In this document: positions 25,555 through 38,077 of the stretch, in pieces | Layout of the letters: every line of letters starts with the position of its first letter | How positions within the stretch are numbered: the first letter of the stretch is position 1 | Assembly: GCA_028534125.1 (NCBI GenBank) | Contig: CM052832.1 | Span: forward strand, 24,306,001-24,370,000 | DNA: 64,000 nt | Origin: Lama glama | Taxonomy: Eukaryota | Direction of reading: 5' to 3' | The notes under the pieces: generated by a model | Database searches by the model: none | What the model was told of the DNA's origin: nothing | What the model saw: the letters and a program-made list of their open reading frames with translations, nothing else | Program-made: the position numbers and the translations under genes

Positions 25555-26232
25555 CTTTTAAATTGAAGTATAGTTGACTTACAGTGTTGTGTGAGTTTCT
25601 AGTGTACAGCATAGTGATTCAGTTATACATTTATATTCTTTTCCATTATAAGTTATTACAAGCTACTGAATATAGTTCCCTGTTCTATACAGTAGGACCT
25701 TGTTGTTTATTCTGTACATAGTAGTTTGTATCTGCTAATCCCAAATCCCTAATTTATCACTGCCCACCTTTCCCCTTTGGTAACCGTAAGTTTTTTTTTC
25801 TGTATCTGTGTGTCTTTTTCTGTTTTATAAATAAGTTCATTTGTGTCGTTTTTTCAAATTCCGCATATAAGTGATACCATATGATATTTATCTTTGTCTG
25901 ACTTACTTCACTTCTTATGATAATCTCTAGGTCCATCCATGTTGCTGAAAATGGCATTATTTGATTCTTTTTTATGGCTGTGTAATATTCCTGTGTGTGT
26001 GTGTGTATTTACACTGCATCTTTATTTGATCATCTGTTGATGGGCATTTAGGTTTCTTCTATGCCTTTAATATGGTAAATAGTGCTGCTATGAACATTAA
26101 GGTGCCTGTATCTTTTCACATAAGAGTTTTCTCTAGATACATGCTCAGGAGTGGAATTGCTGGATCATATAGTAACTCTTTCTAGTTTTTAAAAGAATCT
26201 TCATACTGTTTTCTATAGTGGCTACACCAAAT
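25555..26232 (-). mobile_element. 5'-truncated L1 (about 0.68 kb; ORF2 C-terminus plus 3' UTR)
   Basis: Minus ORF 25757-25957 begins MPFSATWMDLEIIIRSEVSQT, the L1 ORF2 terminal motif; degenerate flanking repeat agtgattatcccctt / agtgagtatctctt. Confidence 0.95.
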
Positions 26233-26737
26233 TTTGAGTGAGTATCTCTTGATGGTGCTATCAAGTCAGGTTTTTATAATTTAGCAGAAGAAAAGAAAAA
26301 GAATTTATTTCATCTTATACAACCAGATATTTATTGACTGTCCAATCTTGGCCAGGCACAGTGTGTATGCTGGGGATATAACTGAATAAATGCAGTGCAA
26401 GCTCCGGCCCTCGGAGAGCTTACTTTCTCAGGTAAAGTAAGTAAATCCTTAGGTATATTTTGTATTTCCATATCAGAGCAGGTTGTTTTAGGGGGAGAGG
26501 GTGGTGGGGGCAGCCAGAGGGATGATTTTATTTGGGGCAGGCAGGGAGAGCCTTTCATAGTCTGTGACATTTGTGCAGTGGGCCTCAGTGATGTGTAGGA
26601 GTGGTGGGGGTGAGATGAGAATCAGCAAAGAGTACTGCAGGTGGAGAGAATGGCTGAGCAAAGGCCCTGAGGTCAGGAAGAGCCTGTAAGTCTGCAGTGA
26701 CAGGCAACAGGCCTTTATCCTACGTGTGATAGGAGAC

Positions 26738-27161
26738 TGAATTAGTTTCCTAAGGCGGCCCTAACACATTCTTACAAACTTGGTCATTTAAAACAACAGA
26801 ATTTTGTTGTCTCATGATTCTAGAGGGTAGAAGTCTGAAATCAAGCTGTCACATTCCCTCCAAAGCCTCCAGGGGAGAATCTTTCCTTGCCTCTTCCAGC
26901 CTCTGGTGACTCCACTGGCTTGTGGAAGCATCCCTCGGCCTCTGTCTTCACATGACCTTCTCCTCTGTGTCTGTGTCTTGTCCTCCTCTGTCTCTTGTAA
27001 GGACATTGGTCATTGGATTGGAAAGGGCCCACCCAGCTAATTCAGGATGATCTCATCTCATAAGGACGTACATCTGCAAAACCCCTTTTTCCACAGAAGG
27101 TCATATTTAGCAGTTCTGGGGCATGAACTCGTCTTTTGAGGGGCCCACCATTCAACCCACA
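26738..27161 (-). mobile_element. Solo LTR, ERVL-MaLR MLT1 (MLT1B/C-like)
   Basis: Begins tgaattagtttcctaaggc, contains ttaaaacaacagaa, gaagtctgaaatcaag, ggagaatctttccttgcctcttccagc, aaggacattggtcattggatt, and ends caccattcaacccaca (TG...CA termini). Confidence 0.92.
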
Positions 27162-27587
27162 GGACCCATGGAGGCTGTTTAAGCAGAGGGAGTGATGGCA
27201 TCGGGTATGTTTTAAAAAGATGGCTCTGGTGCTCTGGGAGAGTGGTTGTAGGTGGATGAAGAATCAACCAGGGAGACTGGTCGGGAGGCTATTGCAGCGA
27301 GCCCAATGGGAGCTGGTAGGGGAGGAGAGGGAGTGAAATGGGTAGATTTCAGTCGTCGATCACAGGGGCGCAGATGGGACTTGTTGATGGATTAGAAGCA
27401 GTGAGGACAGGAAAGAGAACATTCAGGATGGCCGTGCCCTTCATGGAGAGAGGGAGGGCTGGTTCAAGAACAGACAGGACCAGCGCTGATGCCAGCCGGG
27501 GTCCTGTTTTGGGTATGTGAACTGAGAAATAGAGATTGTTGGGTGTTAACTTAGACCGATGGATCTGCAGCTCAATTGTATGTAAAT

Positions 27588-27718
27588 TTTTGGTGAGGGC
27601 AGGTAATTAGGTTTATTCTGTTATTTACTATTTTTGTTTTAGTGGAGGTACCAGGGATTGAACCAAGACCTCAAGCGTGCTAAGCCTGCGCTCTACCACT
27701 TGAACTATACCCTCCCAC
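27588..27718 (-). mobile_element. tRNA-derived SINE, Vic-1 type, with 17-bp TSD
   Basis: ggtaattaggtttatt...ggaggtaccagggattgaacc...ctctaccacttgaactataccctccc; flanks ctcaattgtatgtaaat (27571-27587) and ctcatttgtatgtaaat (27719-27735). Confidence 0.93.
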
Positions 27719-28477
27719 CTCATTTGTATGTAAATCTGAGCTTTGTTGGCCTAGAGATGGATAGTATTGAAGGACACCGCTTCAATACTATAGGACACGC
27801 CTATCCAGGTGGAGACCATGAAGTGGAGACAGTGATTCAGTCCGTTAGTATGAAGATCACAGAGCTGATAGCACCAGGTTCAATCTCTCAGCTCAGCCTC
27901 CGGCATTTGTGTCAGTGTCTGAAGAAGGGGAGGTGGGTGGAACGCAGACCGTCAGGGAAGCCTGGCTCAGATATCCTAGGCTGTCACACAGGCCGTCGTA
28001 CGGTTAATTTTTCTTTCATCTTTGCTTTCTTTGAAATCTTTCAATCTAAGCCCGACAAGCCTGATTGGCAGGTTCACTGTCTGATTTTTCTAGTTTTAGA
28101 TTATAAGCATTTTCTTAAAGCCATCTTCATCTATTAACCTATATTCATTTTTAATTTTAATGCTCCAATCAAGAATTATTTCTCCCGACAGTTTTTGACA
28201 GTCTGCTGCTCCATTTAGCTGTTCAGCATGAATTCAAAAGGTGACTTCTCAGTCTGCACAAGGTGCAGTCAGCTCGCTCTTTCATCCTCTGCTTTGGGGG
28301 ATATAGAGAAATATGCATGTTTGCTCTGCCCTGGGGAGTTTTTGGTGTAGAAATCCTTAATAATTTTTTATACAAGAAAATAGAGGACTACAGAGCATTA
28401 ACATTTTCCATCAGGTGGTATTTTGCTTGATGTCATAAGTTCACGTGAAAGGCTGGATTTTCTGTGAATTGGTCAGC

Positions 28478-28580
28478 CCTTTAACAAATGTTTATTGAAT
28501 ATTCATTGTGTGCAAGGCACTAGATTAAATGTGATGGGAAATTAATACACAGTCCCCAAGAAGTCTAGTAGTCAGGAGAA
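28478..28580 (-). mobile_element. L2 3' end fragment
   Basis: tttaacaaatgtttattgaatattcattgtgtgcaaggcact. Confidence 0.65.
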
Positions 28581-30604
28581 CAAAGTCACTTCCAAACTTA
28601 GGATAGGTAGAAATACTGAGAAAATGACAGTGTTATCTTGCTGCATATCTGCACTTAGGATAATCCTACTTGGAAATTTCAAGTGAAAAAGCAGGAACAA
28701 AAGTACATGGTCGTCTTTGTGTGTACATGACACACACACACTTGTGAGCATGTTGCAGTCAAGGACAAACCTAGCTGAAGACCAGACAGAAGGGGAGAAA
28801 TGTTCTTTCTCACTAGCAGCTCACTAGCAATTCTTGGCAGTTCAGATCATCTCCGCTGTAGCTGTTGGTTTGCATTTTGATAATTTACCAATGAGCATAT
28901 AATATCTCATTCCTAGCTGAACTGTGCCACCAAACAGTCTTTCCAACGAAACACACCGCACTTGTGAAAGGAAGAGCTTTCCTGGGGAACCAGCAGTTCA
29001 CTTGTTCCATCGGGCCTTCTGTGAGTCTGTGCATGACCTGGCGGTTAGAAGTTCTGGAAGAGAAGGAGGAAATTGGATCAGGTCGCAGTGGGCAGGAAAG
29101 GAGGTGCTTGATCCTCCTCCTCCTGCAGAGTGAGCTCTGCTTTTCCTTCTTGTTTTCGGGCTCAGGCCGGTTGGCCTCAGATCCTGGCAAGATTTAGGCA
29201 AGCAGGCGCTGACTTTCCGGGGCCCTCTCTTTCATTTCACTCCAGGCATATTCCTGGGCAAAATTCACTGCTGTATTTTGGTGGGGAAAACTTTCCTGAC
29301 TTCAATTAGGGAGCCTTTGTTTTTCAGCTTAACAGGGCAAAAGAGCTAGCATTTTCTGGACATCATTGACCCTTCACCACAATTGAAGGTTTTTTTTTGG
29401 AAAAAAAAAAACAAACTCGTATAAACTTCATTGCACCTTATGATGGTGGCTGTGTCAGGCCCTAATTAGGATGATGACTATTTGGCTGTTGCACTTTTTA
29501 ACTTAGCTCTGGTTTTTTGATTATTTCCTTCAATCTGCTGCCGAGTTTCATCCTTACACAAGCACAGGGATGCAAACATAGACTCGGCTTCGTTGTCCTA
29601 CAGGCACTGCGGATATCAGTTGAAAGCGAGCAGAGCTGGAAGTGGTGTGTCAGCCCTGCCATCGGAGAGGGCCGGCTGGACCTCCACGTGCTTGCCACCC
29701 TCAGCCCCTCAGCCGAGGTGGTCCAGGCCTTGCCACGCTGACCCAGAGAGCTCAGCGATTTCTGAGCCTGAGCTGGCGTCGTTATACGGCGAGGTAATCT
29801 GCAACAAAACATATCACTAAGATATTCTTGGGCTCCCACGATCCGCACATGCTCTGTGTCAAGCTGCCTGGGAATGTAAATCATCATTGGAAGCTACTCT
29901 GTTAATTCACCTGGGGAAATCGCTGCTCTCTGGATGTAGGTAGCAGTAAGGGTCACAGCACCCACGTGTCCTCAAGAAACGTTTCACAGGGAGTTGGGTA
30001 ATTGCTTGGTGAGCAAGGAATCTGAACAAGGAAGTGGGTTGAGTTACTGTTCAGTAGCACCAAGCTAACCTAGCCTGCTGCACTGTTCATCTCAGGAGAA
30101 GCATGATTTTTCTAGTAGGACCCAAAACACTTCAGTCATTGGCCACAGTCATCTCACTAGGATGGTCTAGCCAAGTGAAGCCACTTTCTTTTCCCCAATG
30201 GCCTTGGCACTGCCCACATTAGCTTTCGTGACCATACTTCCCTGGCTGAGCCAGCCACTGCCCCCTTTTGAAGACACAGTCTTTTCTTAAATATATAAAT
30301 GTGATTCATCAGGTGCTGGCTGGGGCAGGGGGCGGTGGCAATGGTGGTGGAGGTGGTGCTTTGCTTTCTTCTTTGACTCTGTGCATTTTTTAATCCATTA
30401 AGTCTTGCTCTTACCATCAGCCTCTGACTGGGCAATCTCTCTCCCCCATTTCCAAGTTCCTGGTGGAATGCAGTGGTGTGTTTTTTATACTCTTCATTTA
30501 CTCTTTACAAGGTCCTTGGAGACTTTGAGATAAACATTCCATAAATTGCACCTTTAGATCAAGCACTGTAAACTGCATAGCAGTATAGAGACATTCATCC
30601 AGAC

Positions 30605-30824
30605 CAGGAGTAGACAAACTGAACTTGAGGGCCACATTTGGCCTGCTGCCTGTTTTTCGTAAATAAAGTTTTATTGGAACACGTCCACGTCCCTTCACCT
30701 CTCTAACGTCTGTGGGTGCTTTCCCAGTACAACCACAGACCTGAGTTGAGTTGCGAAAGGGATTGTAAGCCAGCAAAGCCTGAAATACTGTTGGGTGCAT
30801 TTCAGAAAATGTTTGCCAACCTTG
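30605..30824 (+). mobile_element. MER58A (hAT-Charlie MITE)
   Basis: Termini caggagtagacaaact and gtttgccaaccttg; diagnostic internal gcctgtttttcgtaaataaagttttattggaacac and gcaaagcctgaaata. Confidence 0.9.
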
Positions 30825-30889
30825 GTGTATAGAATTTGCAAGTCATAGAATTGCAGCAAGTAAGGACTAGAAGTCCCCCTCCTCCTACC

Positions 30890-31020
30890 CAAATTCAGTG
30901 AACAAATGGAGGATTAGAGAAAGAATGAGACTTGCGTAAAGGTCACAGAGCTGCTTCGTGGGAGAGCCAGAACCTGAACTCAGATTTTCCGATTCCTGGT
31001 GTGAGTACTTGCCTCCTACT
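30890..31020 (-). mobile_element. MIR SINE fragment
   Basis: gacttgcgtaaaggtcacagagctg...ggagagccagaacctgaactcagatt. Confidence 0.7.
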
Positions 31021-31159
31021 TCTGGAGTCGGGACACTGTAAGCTTTACAGTTTAGGTGATCAACCATTACAACCTACTGAAATAAAGCTTCTTTAGTGGC
31101 AGGACCTATTTTCTGGACTGACTTCTCCAGGTGAAATCACCAGCCAGGCTGGCATAGAT

Positions 31160-31680
31160 ATTAATTTATTAATTGTACAAACAGCACCTGCCAGTTGCTA
31201 ACAGTGGAGATAAGGTCTGGGGACACTGATGAATAAATACCATCCTTACCCTCAGGAAATTTGGAGAGGGGTAGTCAGGTGTTAGCACATTCTCTTATTT
31301 GCAGTGTATTGAATGTCATCATAGGGCTGTAATCCTGTAAAAGAAAAGAGAGGAAAAGGGGTGTGTTGATTCGGCCTTGGGGGGAGGGGGGAGGGACGTT
31401 GTCAGAAGTGGCTTCACAGAGTTGGAGATGTTTGAGCTGTGTCTCAAAAGAGAGGGAGACCTTTTGGCAGAAGATTGCAGTGGAAATGGCTTGAGGGCCT
31501 CTCGGCATGAAGTCCAGTAATTTGGGAATCCCTGTCCACCACCACCAGAGGCAGCGTGTAAAGTACGTGGCGGGGGCAGGATAGGGAACACAGTGGGAAA
31601 TGTAGGTTGGGCCCAAAGTGTGGAGCCCATGGCATTTCATGAGAAGGACTTTAGTTTACATTCTGGGGGCTTCTAGCCTG
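31160..31680 (-). mobile_element. L2 LINE fragment
   Basis: tggggacactgatgaataa...gtcagaagtggcttcacagag...tttgagctgtgtctcaaa...aggactttagtttacattct. Confidence 0.65.
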
Positions 31681-32029
31681 TGGCTTCAAAACGCATGGGA
31701 GACCACAGTTCTTATAAAGGAGGGCCTACCTGTCCATATTCACAGTAAGCATTATCTGTAGATTTAATCATTAATATCACTAACAGAAATCAGATCTTTC
31801 TCCCAAATATACGTAGCGGGCTGATAAGATGATTCATCAACCAAAAATTCATTTTAAGTGTTACTAAATTAATAGTATCTTTTTAATCACTCTATGTTTT
31901 CTTGATTAACAGATATTAAGAATCAAATATCTATTGCCTGAGGGCTGCAGAATTTTGGATTAAAAAATAATATTGGAAACTTCTGCTGTTGATGACAGAT
32001 AGGCATGAAATTTTTTGAGTTAACAAATG

Positions 32030-32200
32030 GTATAGTTTCCAGAGTCAAGTCGTTCTAAATCTTATGAGCTGTGTGACTTGGACCAAATGATGCAACCTCT
32101 CCAAACCTTAGAGTCCTTATCTGTAATAGTAACACGGTAACATCTGCCTCTTATGATTGTCATAAAGATATACTAATCTGTGGAAAGCATGTAGCATGGG
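32030..32200 (+). mobile_element. MIR SINE
   Basis: agctgtgtgacttggaccaaatgatgcaacctctc...cttatctgtaa...ctgcctcttatgattgtcataagat. Confidence 0.7.
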
Positions 32201-33319
32201 GCCAGTCCTGTGAGATGTGCCCAGTGATGCCAGCTATTTTTATTAGTTTGGGTGGCACATGCAAGATATATCTTAGGTCTGACCCAGTGTGGAGGAGGAG
32301 TTCCAAGGGGAGGGTTGTAAGACCTTTTGTGATCTGCATGAGTAATAATGGAGCCCAGAATGGGTGGAGGGAGGGGATGTGCAGAATATGGGAGAGCGTA
32401 CGGCAGGTCGTGATGTGGAAAATGAAAGAAACCAACTTCTGTTCATGCCCAAAGCAATGGACTAGGCAGAGGTTAGAGCCGAGTGAAGCCCTGTGTCTGT
32501 GATTTCCTGGTGCTGTCTGGTGTGAATTATCTGGCAAGTTCCATGGCTCTTAATTCCTGGAATTGATCTAGATGAGAATTCACCTAGGGTAAATTTTTTC
32601 TTCTTAGTTTAATGGATTAATAACCCCTCTTTGGAACTTGGAACGTGTTCAAACTAGAATCAGAACATACGTGTCTTGTTCCGTCCTGATGTAATATACC
32701 TCTGCAGATTTGCCTGTACTCATGACAGAGCTTTCAAAGGAGTGTACACAGGACAATGTGTGACATATTCCAAATTTTAAAAAATTCAGTAGTATTTCCG
32801 TATTGTTAATTATTTATATGTCTGTGTTTAGAAAAAAATCAGGATAAATATCACTTGTCAGCTGAGAGATCTGTAGTTCCTTCTTTTGTCATTTCTGCGT
32901 TTTCCGAAATGAATATATGTATTTTTAAAAAATGCGAAGAAGGAAAACAACAGAAAGGAACAGATAGGAAAGGCTGACGGGAACTTGCCATTGCCTTCTC
33001 TTCGAGTAACTGTTTACAAATGCCGGTGGTAGTCGTGCCCTCCCAACTGTGTTGCATTTCAGTCAGATGGTGTTCTTCTAAATGTGGTGATACGCGGGCC
33101 AGCTCATAAAGGTGGGTGGAAGTGAAAAATTAGAGTAGCAATAGTATGTGCTGATGGGGCCAGTCAGAATGTGACTATTACATTTAATGCATTATTTTGA
33201 ATGTTAGAGTCCAGACTAAGATACAATTTCTCAATCTGCAGATTTCTCACACCGTGGGGGGTTGCACACGTGCAGGGGTACCCACTGTGACTTACCAGGC
33301 CCTTGCCAGAAGCAGCAAG

Positions 33320-33480
33320 AACAGTGACCCAGAGATCAGGAAACGGGTTCTGGTCTCAGGTCTGTTACTTAGTTTGGTAATAGACTTGGTTAAGTCATTA
33401 ACCTCCCTGAGCCCAGCTTTTTTCATCTGTGAATGAGGGATAATCACAACAGGGTTATTTTGGAAATCCATTTTGAACAG
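33320..33480 (+). mobile_element. MIR SINE
   Basis: gggttctggtctcaggtctgttactt...aagtcattaacctccctgagcccagc...tcatctgtgaatgagggataa. Confidence 0.75.
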
Positions 33481-33682
33481 ATTATAAGATGCTGTGCATA
33501 TGAGAGTTGTTTGTCATTCTGGCTTGGCCACTCTTTAATGTTGTGGTCATGGGCAAGTGACCTAAGCTCTCTGGACCTGGTACTGCAAGACTAAGGCAAT
33601 TGCATCTTAACTTTTTATCCATCCAGCACACCTCTGGGTGATGGGGTTCAGCAACAGTGGGTCGGAGGAGCATGCCCTGGGG

Positions 33683-33825
33683 CAGTGGTTCTCAAACTCA
33701 GCAGGCATCAGGGTTACCTGCACAGTTTATGAAACTGCAGATTCCTGGGCCCTGAGAATATGCATTTCTAACAAATTCTCCCATGAAACTGATGCTTTTG
33801 GTCCCAGGGACCACACGTTAAGGGT
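33683..33825. mobile_element. MER5A (hAT-Charlie MITE)
   Basis: Starts cagtggttctcaaact; internal gcagattcctgggccc, tgcatttctaacaaattc, ctgatgcttttggtcccagggaccacac. Confidence 0.88.
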
Positions 33826-35610
33826 GAGGGTGGGTAGTAGGGAGGTGAGAGAACTGTATGTATTATGAAAAAGCATCCAACTGGAATTTAATATCTAACC
33901 CCTTCTCCTATCCCCCCCCCCCATACACACACAATGAAATCACTTGAACGAGATGTTTTCTGAGATTCTTTCCTTCTTCTGAATATTTGGTTCTCTCTTG
34001 ATCCCTCCACCGGTAGAAACAAGGAGTGACTTTGGATTAAGCAGCTCTCCCACAAGTACTCTAAGTAATGTTGACAAATCGTTATTACACGGCATCAGCT
34101 CGAATTCAGGGATGCTTATTCACACATGTATGTGCCCCAGAGACCAGTGATGTCTTACGGCTCTGTTCTCCTTTTTGAAAAATTCAGTGAGTGAGGTAAT
34201 TCTGTAGGACTGTCTCAGAAAGCTATTCCTGTAAAGCCAGCAATGGTTAACTTGAAATAGAGGAAACAGTGCTGATTAACGCAATCTGATTGCGGCTTAA
34301 TCATGTCGAGGTCTCTCTAGATTTAGAGAATTTGGACAGGAACCCTCTCCTACTCGTCCCTTATCGCCCCAATGTGTGGTAAAGTTCAGTTTGCTCACAT
34401 GGTGTCTCCTTTTTCAGCCAGGGTTAATTCTTTCACTGGAGGGGATGAGTAAGAGAGAGACTTGGCATTAATTGCTTCATCAACTGTTCGTGTGAGTCAT
34501 CTCCTGCTTGTCTTATTAATTCAACTGGAAGGAGGAGAAATGTTATCTCTGGTTCCCAAGGCCAGCTTGAGCTTCAGTTAACTAGGATACTCCCTCGGAG
34601 AGACGCGTGATGGTAGTTTCATTCACTTAGTGAAGGAATGAATAGATGGCGAATCTCATTATCCTAGCATGTACATACATAGATCTATAAATGGCAGCAT
34701 GTGACCTCACGAAGTTTATCAATGATCAGATGCCACAGGCGGGATGCTCGCCCTGGAAGGGCATTATATTGAAGGTGGTTGACTTTTTTTTTTAAATGAA
34801 AAAAAGAAAGGGATGCTTTCAGGTTCCTACCTTCGCTCAATTCCCCTCTCCTTGTTTCCCATTTGATCAGCAGAGGTGTTGAGGGAGGAAGATAATTTCC
34901 AGATAAAACTGCCTTCAGTTCTTTTTTGGGTGTAACGTGGCAGCTAGATTATTTTGAAACACGACTGTGTGTCTTATTTTCTGCTTCTTACGTTCAGTTC
35001 ACTCACGTCTTCCTGTTTGGCTTGTGCCTTCCCCTTCTGACTCAGTCTTCTCGATTTCTCTTCTCACTCGACCAGACCACTGTTCTTCCTCTGCCTTTGG
35101 TTCTTCTTGCTTAGTCTCCCCTGCGTGGCCTCTTCCACTGAAGCACGTCTCTGTTCACTGTTCCCTTACAAAGAACACAGGTTCTCCCGAGGCAGCTGCT
35201 CCAGATGGGAAGTACATCTTTTAACTCACAAGTTCCTTTTTATTCAGGAAGGGTTTCCATGCAGTGAAATGCGCATGTCTTAAATGTACAGTTCAGTGAG
35301 TTTTGATAACTGTATACGTCTGTGTAGCCAGCACCCTATTCTAGAAGTGGAGCATGTCCACCACCCCCAAGAGAGGCCTCCTTTCTCCTTCCGGTCACTG
35401 CCTATCCCCCCATAATCGACCACTGCCTTGATTTCTTTCACCATAGATGAGTTTCATCTGTTCTTGAACTTCATATAAGTGAAATCATGTGTGTACTGTT
35501 TTGTATCTGCCTTCTTTTGTTTAACTTACTGTTTTTGAGATTCACCCACGCTGTTGCATGTATCAGATCACTGTATTTTTAAAAATTCTGACCAGGAGTC
35601 TGCTGGGGAA

Positions 35611-35654
<44 letters not shown>

Positions 35655-35676
35655 ATATATACATATATATACACAC
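35611..35676. repeat. (CA)n/(TA)n microsatellite inside L1
   Basis: Read directly. Confidence 0.95.
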
Positions 35677-38045
35677 TACAGTTAATTCATTCACTTGCTC
35701 ATGGACTTTTGGGTTGTTTCCATGTTTTGACTATTATGAAGAAAGCAGCTGTAAATACTCTTGTGCAAGTCTTTTTGTGGACATCTATTTTCATTTCTCT
35801 TTGGAGTGAATTACTGGGACATAGGGTAGGTGTGTAACTTTATAAGAGCCTGCCTGTGTTTTGTAGCGGCTGTAGCATTTTATGCTCCCTCCACAAGTGG
35901 ATGAAAGTTCCAGTCGCTCTGCTTCCTCATGAGCATTTGGCCTTCTCATTCTTTTTTCATTTCAGCTCTTCTAGTGGTTAAATGAAGTACTATCCCATGG
36001 TCTTAATTGCATTTCCTGATCACTAATGCAGTTGAGCATCTTTTTATGTGCTTTTTGGCCATTTGTGTATCTTCTTTGTAGTGTCTGTTCACGTTCCTTG
36101 ACAGTTTTTAAAATTGGGTTGGTTGCCTTTTTTTTTTTGATGTATAAAATTTCTTTATATATTCTGAATATGAGTCCTTCTATTCCTAGTTTTCTCAGAG
36201 ACGTTTATTTGTTTGTTTTTTATCAGCATTGGATTTTGAATATTGTGGCGTCCTCTTTCTTCCTCTGATAAGATAACATATGGTTTCTCTCCTCTATCTA
36301 GTAAATTACATTGATTGATTTTAAACTTTAAACCAACCTTGAGTTCCTGGGTTAAAGAAAGTTATCATTATGTATTATTCTTCTCACCTGTGATTTTTTT
36401 TGCTAATATTTTATTAAGTATTTTTACAACTATGCCTATTAAGAGTTATCTTTAATTTTCTTGTCTTGTATAGCATATGCTAGCTTTTGGTATTAACATT
36501 ATGCTGGTCTCATAAAATATGTGGTGGAGTGTTCCTGTTTTTACTGTTTTCTGAAAGAGCTTTTGTAAGATTTTATTTCTTTTAAAAATAATTGGTGAAA
36601 TTCGATAGTTGAAAATATTTGGGCCTGGTGTTTTCTTTGTGCAAAGGTTCTAAAAGTATTTAATTTAATTGAAAAACACCATACAGTAAAATGTCCTTTT
36701 TTGGTTACAGTTCTGAGTTTAAAACATGTGTAGGGTTGCATAACTGTCACCACAATCAGGATACCAGTTATATCACAGTGTGCAGAGGATTTTGATAATG
36801 AAGTCAACTTTTTTCTTAACAGATAACAGACATCAAATTTTTTGCTTACTTTTGGCTATGTTTTGGTAAGTTATGTTTCCATTTTTCAAGAAATTGCTCA
36901 TTTCATCTAAGTTGCCAAAGTTACTGGCATAACGTTGTTTATAATATTTATTATCTGTAGAATCTGTAGCAATATCTCCTTTTCCATTTTAAATACTATT
37001 CTTTTGTTTTCTCTTGTTCTTGTGATTAGTCTTGCTAGGAGTTAATCAAAGGACAAACTATTGCTGATTTTCTGGTTCACTGATTTCTGCTCTTATGTTG
37101 ATCATTTCCTTCTTTGTCCTTACTTTGGGTATAATTTGTTCTCCTTTTGTAGATTATTGATTTGAAATTTTCATTCTTTTCTTTCCCTGGGTGCACAGGT
37201 GCATACATTTCTAGGATTGTATCTTCCTAATGAATTATAGATTCCTAGTGAATATACCCTTTAATTATTACAAAATTGTTCTTTAACTCTGGTAATTCTC
37301 CTTGTCTACAAAGCTGCAGAAATGGATACGGTCATAACAGCTGTAGCCTTGTCAGACTTCAGCCAAGGATTTTGGGTGAATCCTCATGCTTTAGCTGCAC
37401 CACACAAATTTTGATATATAATACTTTTATTGTTATTTAACTCAGTATTTTATTATTTCTATTTCATTTCCTCCCCAGGTTAATAGTAGGCATTTTACTT
37501 CCCAGAAAATGGGGGATTTTTAAGCCTTCCTTTCTTTTTTCTTGATTGCCAACTACACTTTTGATTTATAGTTGATGCCTTTAATAATTTTGAGGCCATT
37601 TTGTTTGATGCTTATATGTTCATGATCATAAAATCTTCTTTATTGATTGTTCCTTTTGCTGGTGTATGAGTCCTTCATGGTCATTTGTAATGCTTTTTAC
37701 CTTATATTTCATTTATCTGATATTAAAAGTACTATCGTGGATTTTGTTTTTATTTTTGTTCATATTTTCTTTTTTAACTCCTTGTTTTCAACTTTGTTTT
37801 ATACTTTCATTTTAAATGGGTCACTTTTTTTCCCCCTACATATTGTGTATAGTTTAAATGTAATACTAGTACTATCTGTTATTTGGTTAGTAACTTTACA
37901 CCCAATTTTACTTACTTTAATTATTTTATTAAAACTTTTTAGCCTTGTTTAATGTTTTCTACTTGCCATTTCTTTTTGCTTCCTTTTTAAAAACCACTTT
38001 CCTTCCTTCTTTTGAATTTTCTTTTGCTAATTTTAAAAGAATACA

Positions 38046-38077
38046 TTTTATTTTATTTTATTTTATTTTATTTTATT
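38046..38077. repeat. (TTTTA)n pentanucleotide repeat
   Basis: Read directly, about 6 units. Confidence 0.95.

Larger units (their letters stand above)
26305..27830 (-). mobile_element. L2 LINE fragment interrupted by an MLT1 LTR and a Vic-1 SINE
   Basis: Reverse L2 3' end (tttattcatc...atatttattga...ccaggcacagtg...gccctcggagagcttac) and body motifs (gcaaaggccctgagg, tttaagcagagg, gggaggctattgcag) on both sides of the nested elements. Confidence 0.8.

Noticed and set aside
27658..28137. 159-aa plus-strand ORF
   Set aside because: Starts at a non-ATG codon inside an antisense SINE and runs through L2 remnants; no homology recognised.
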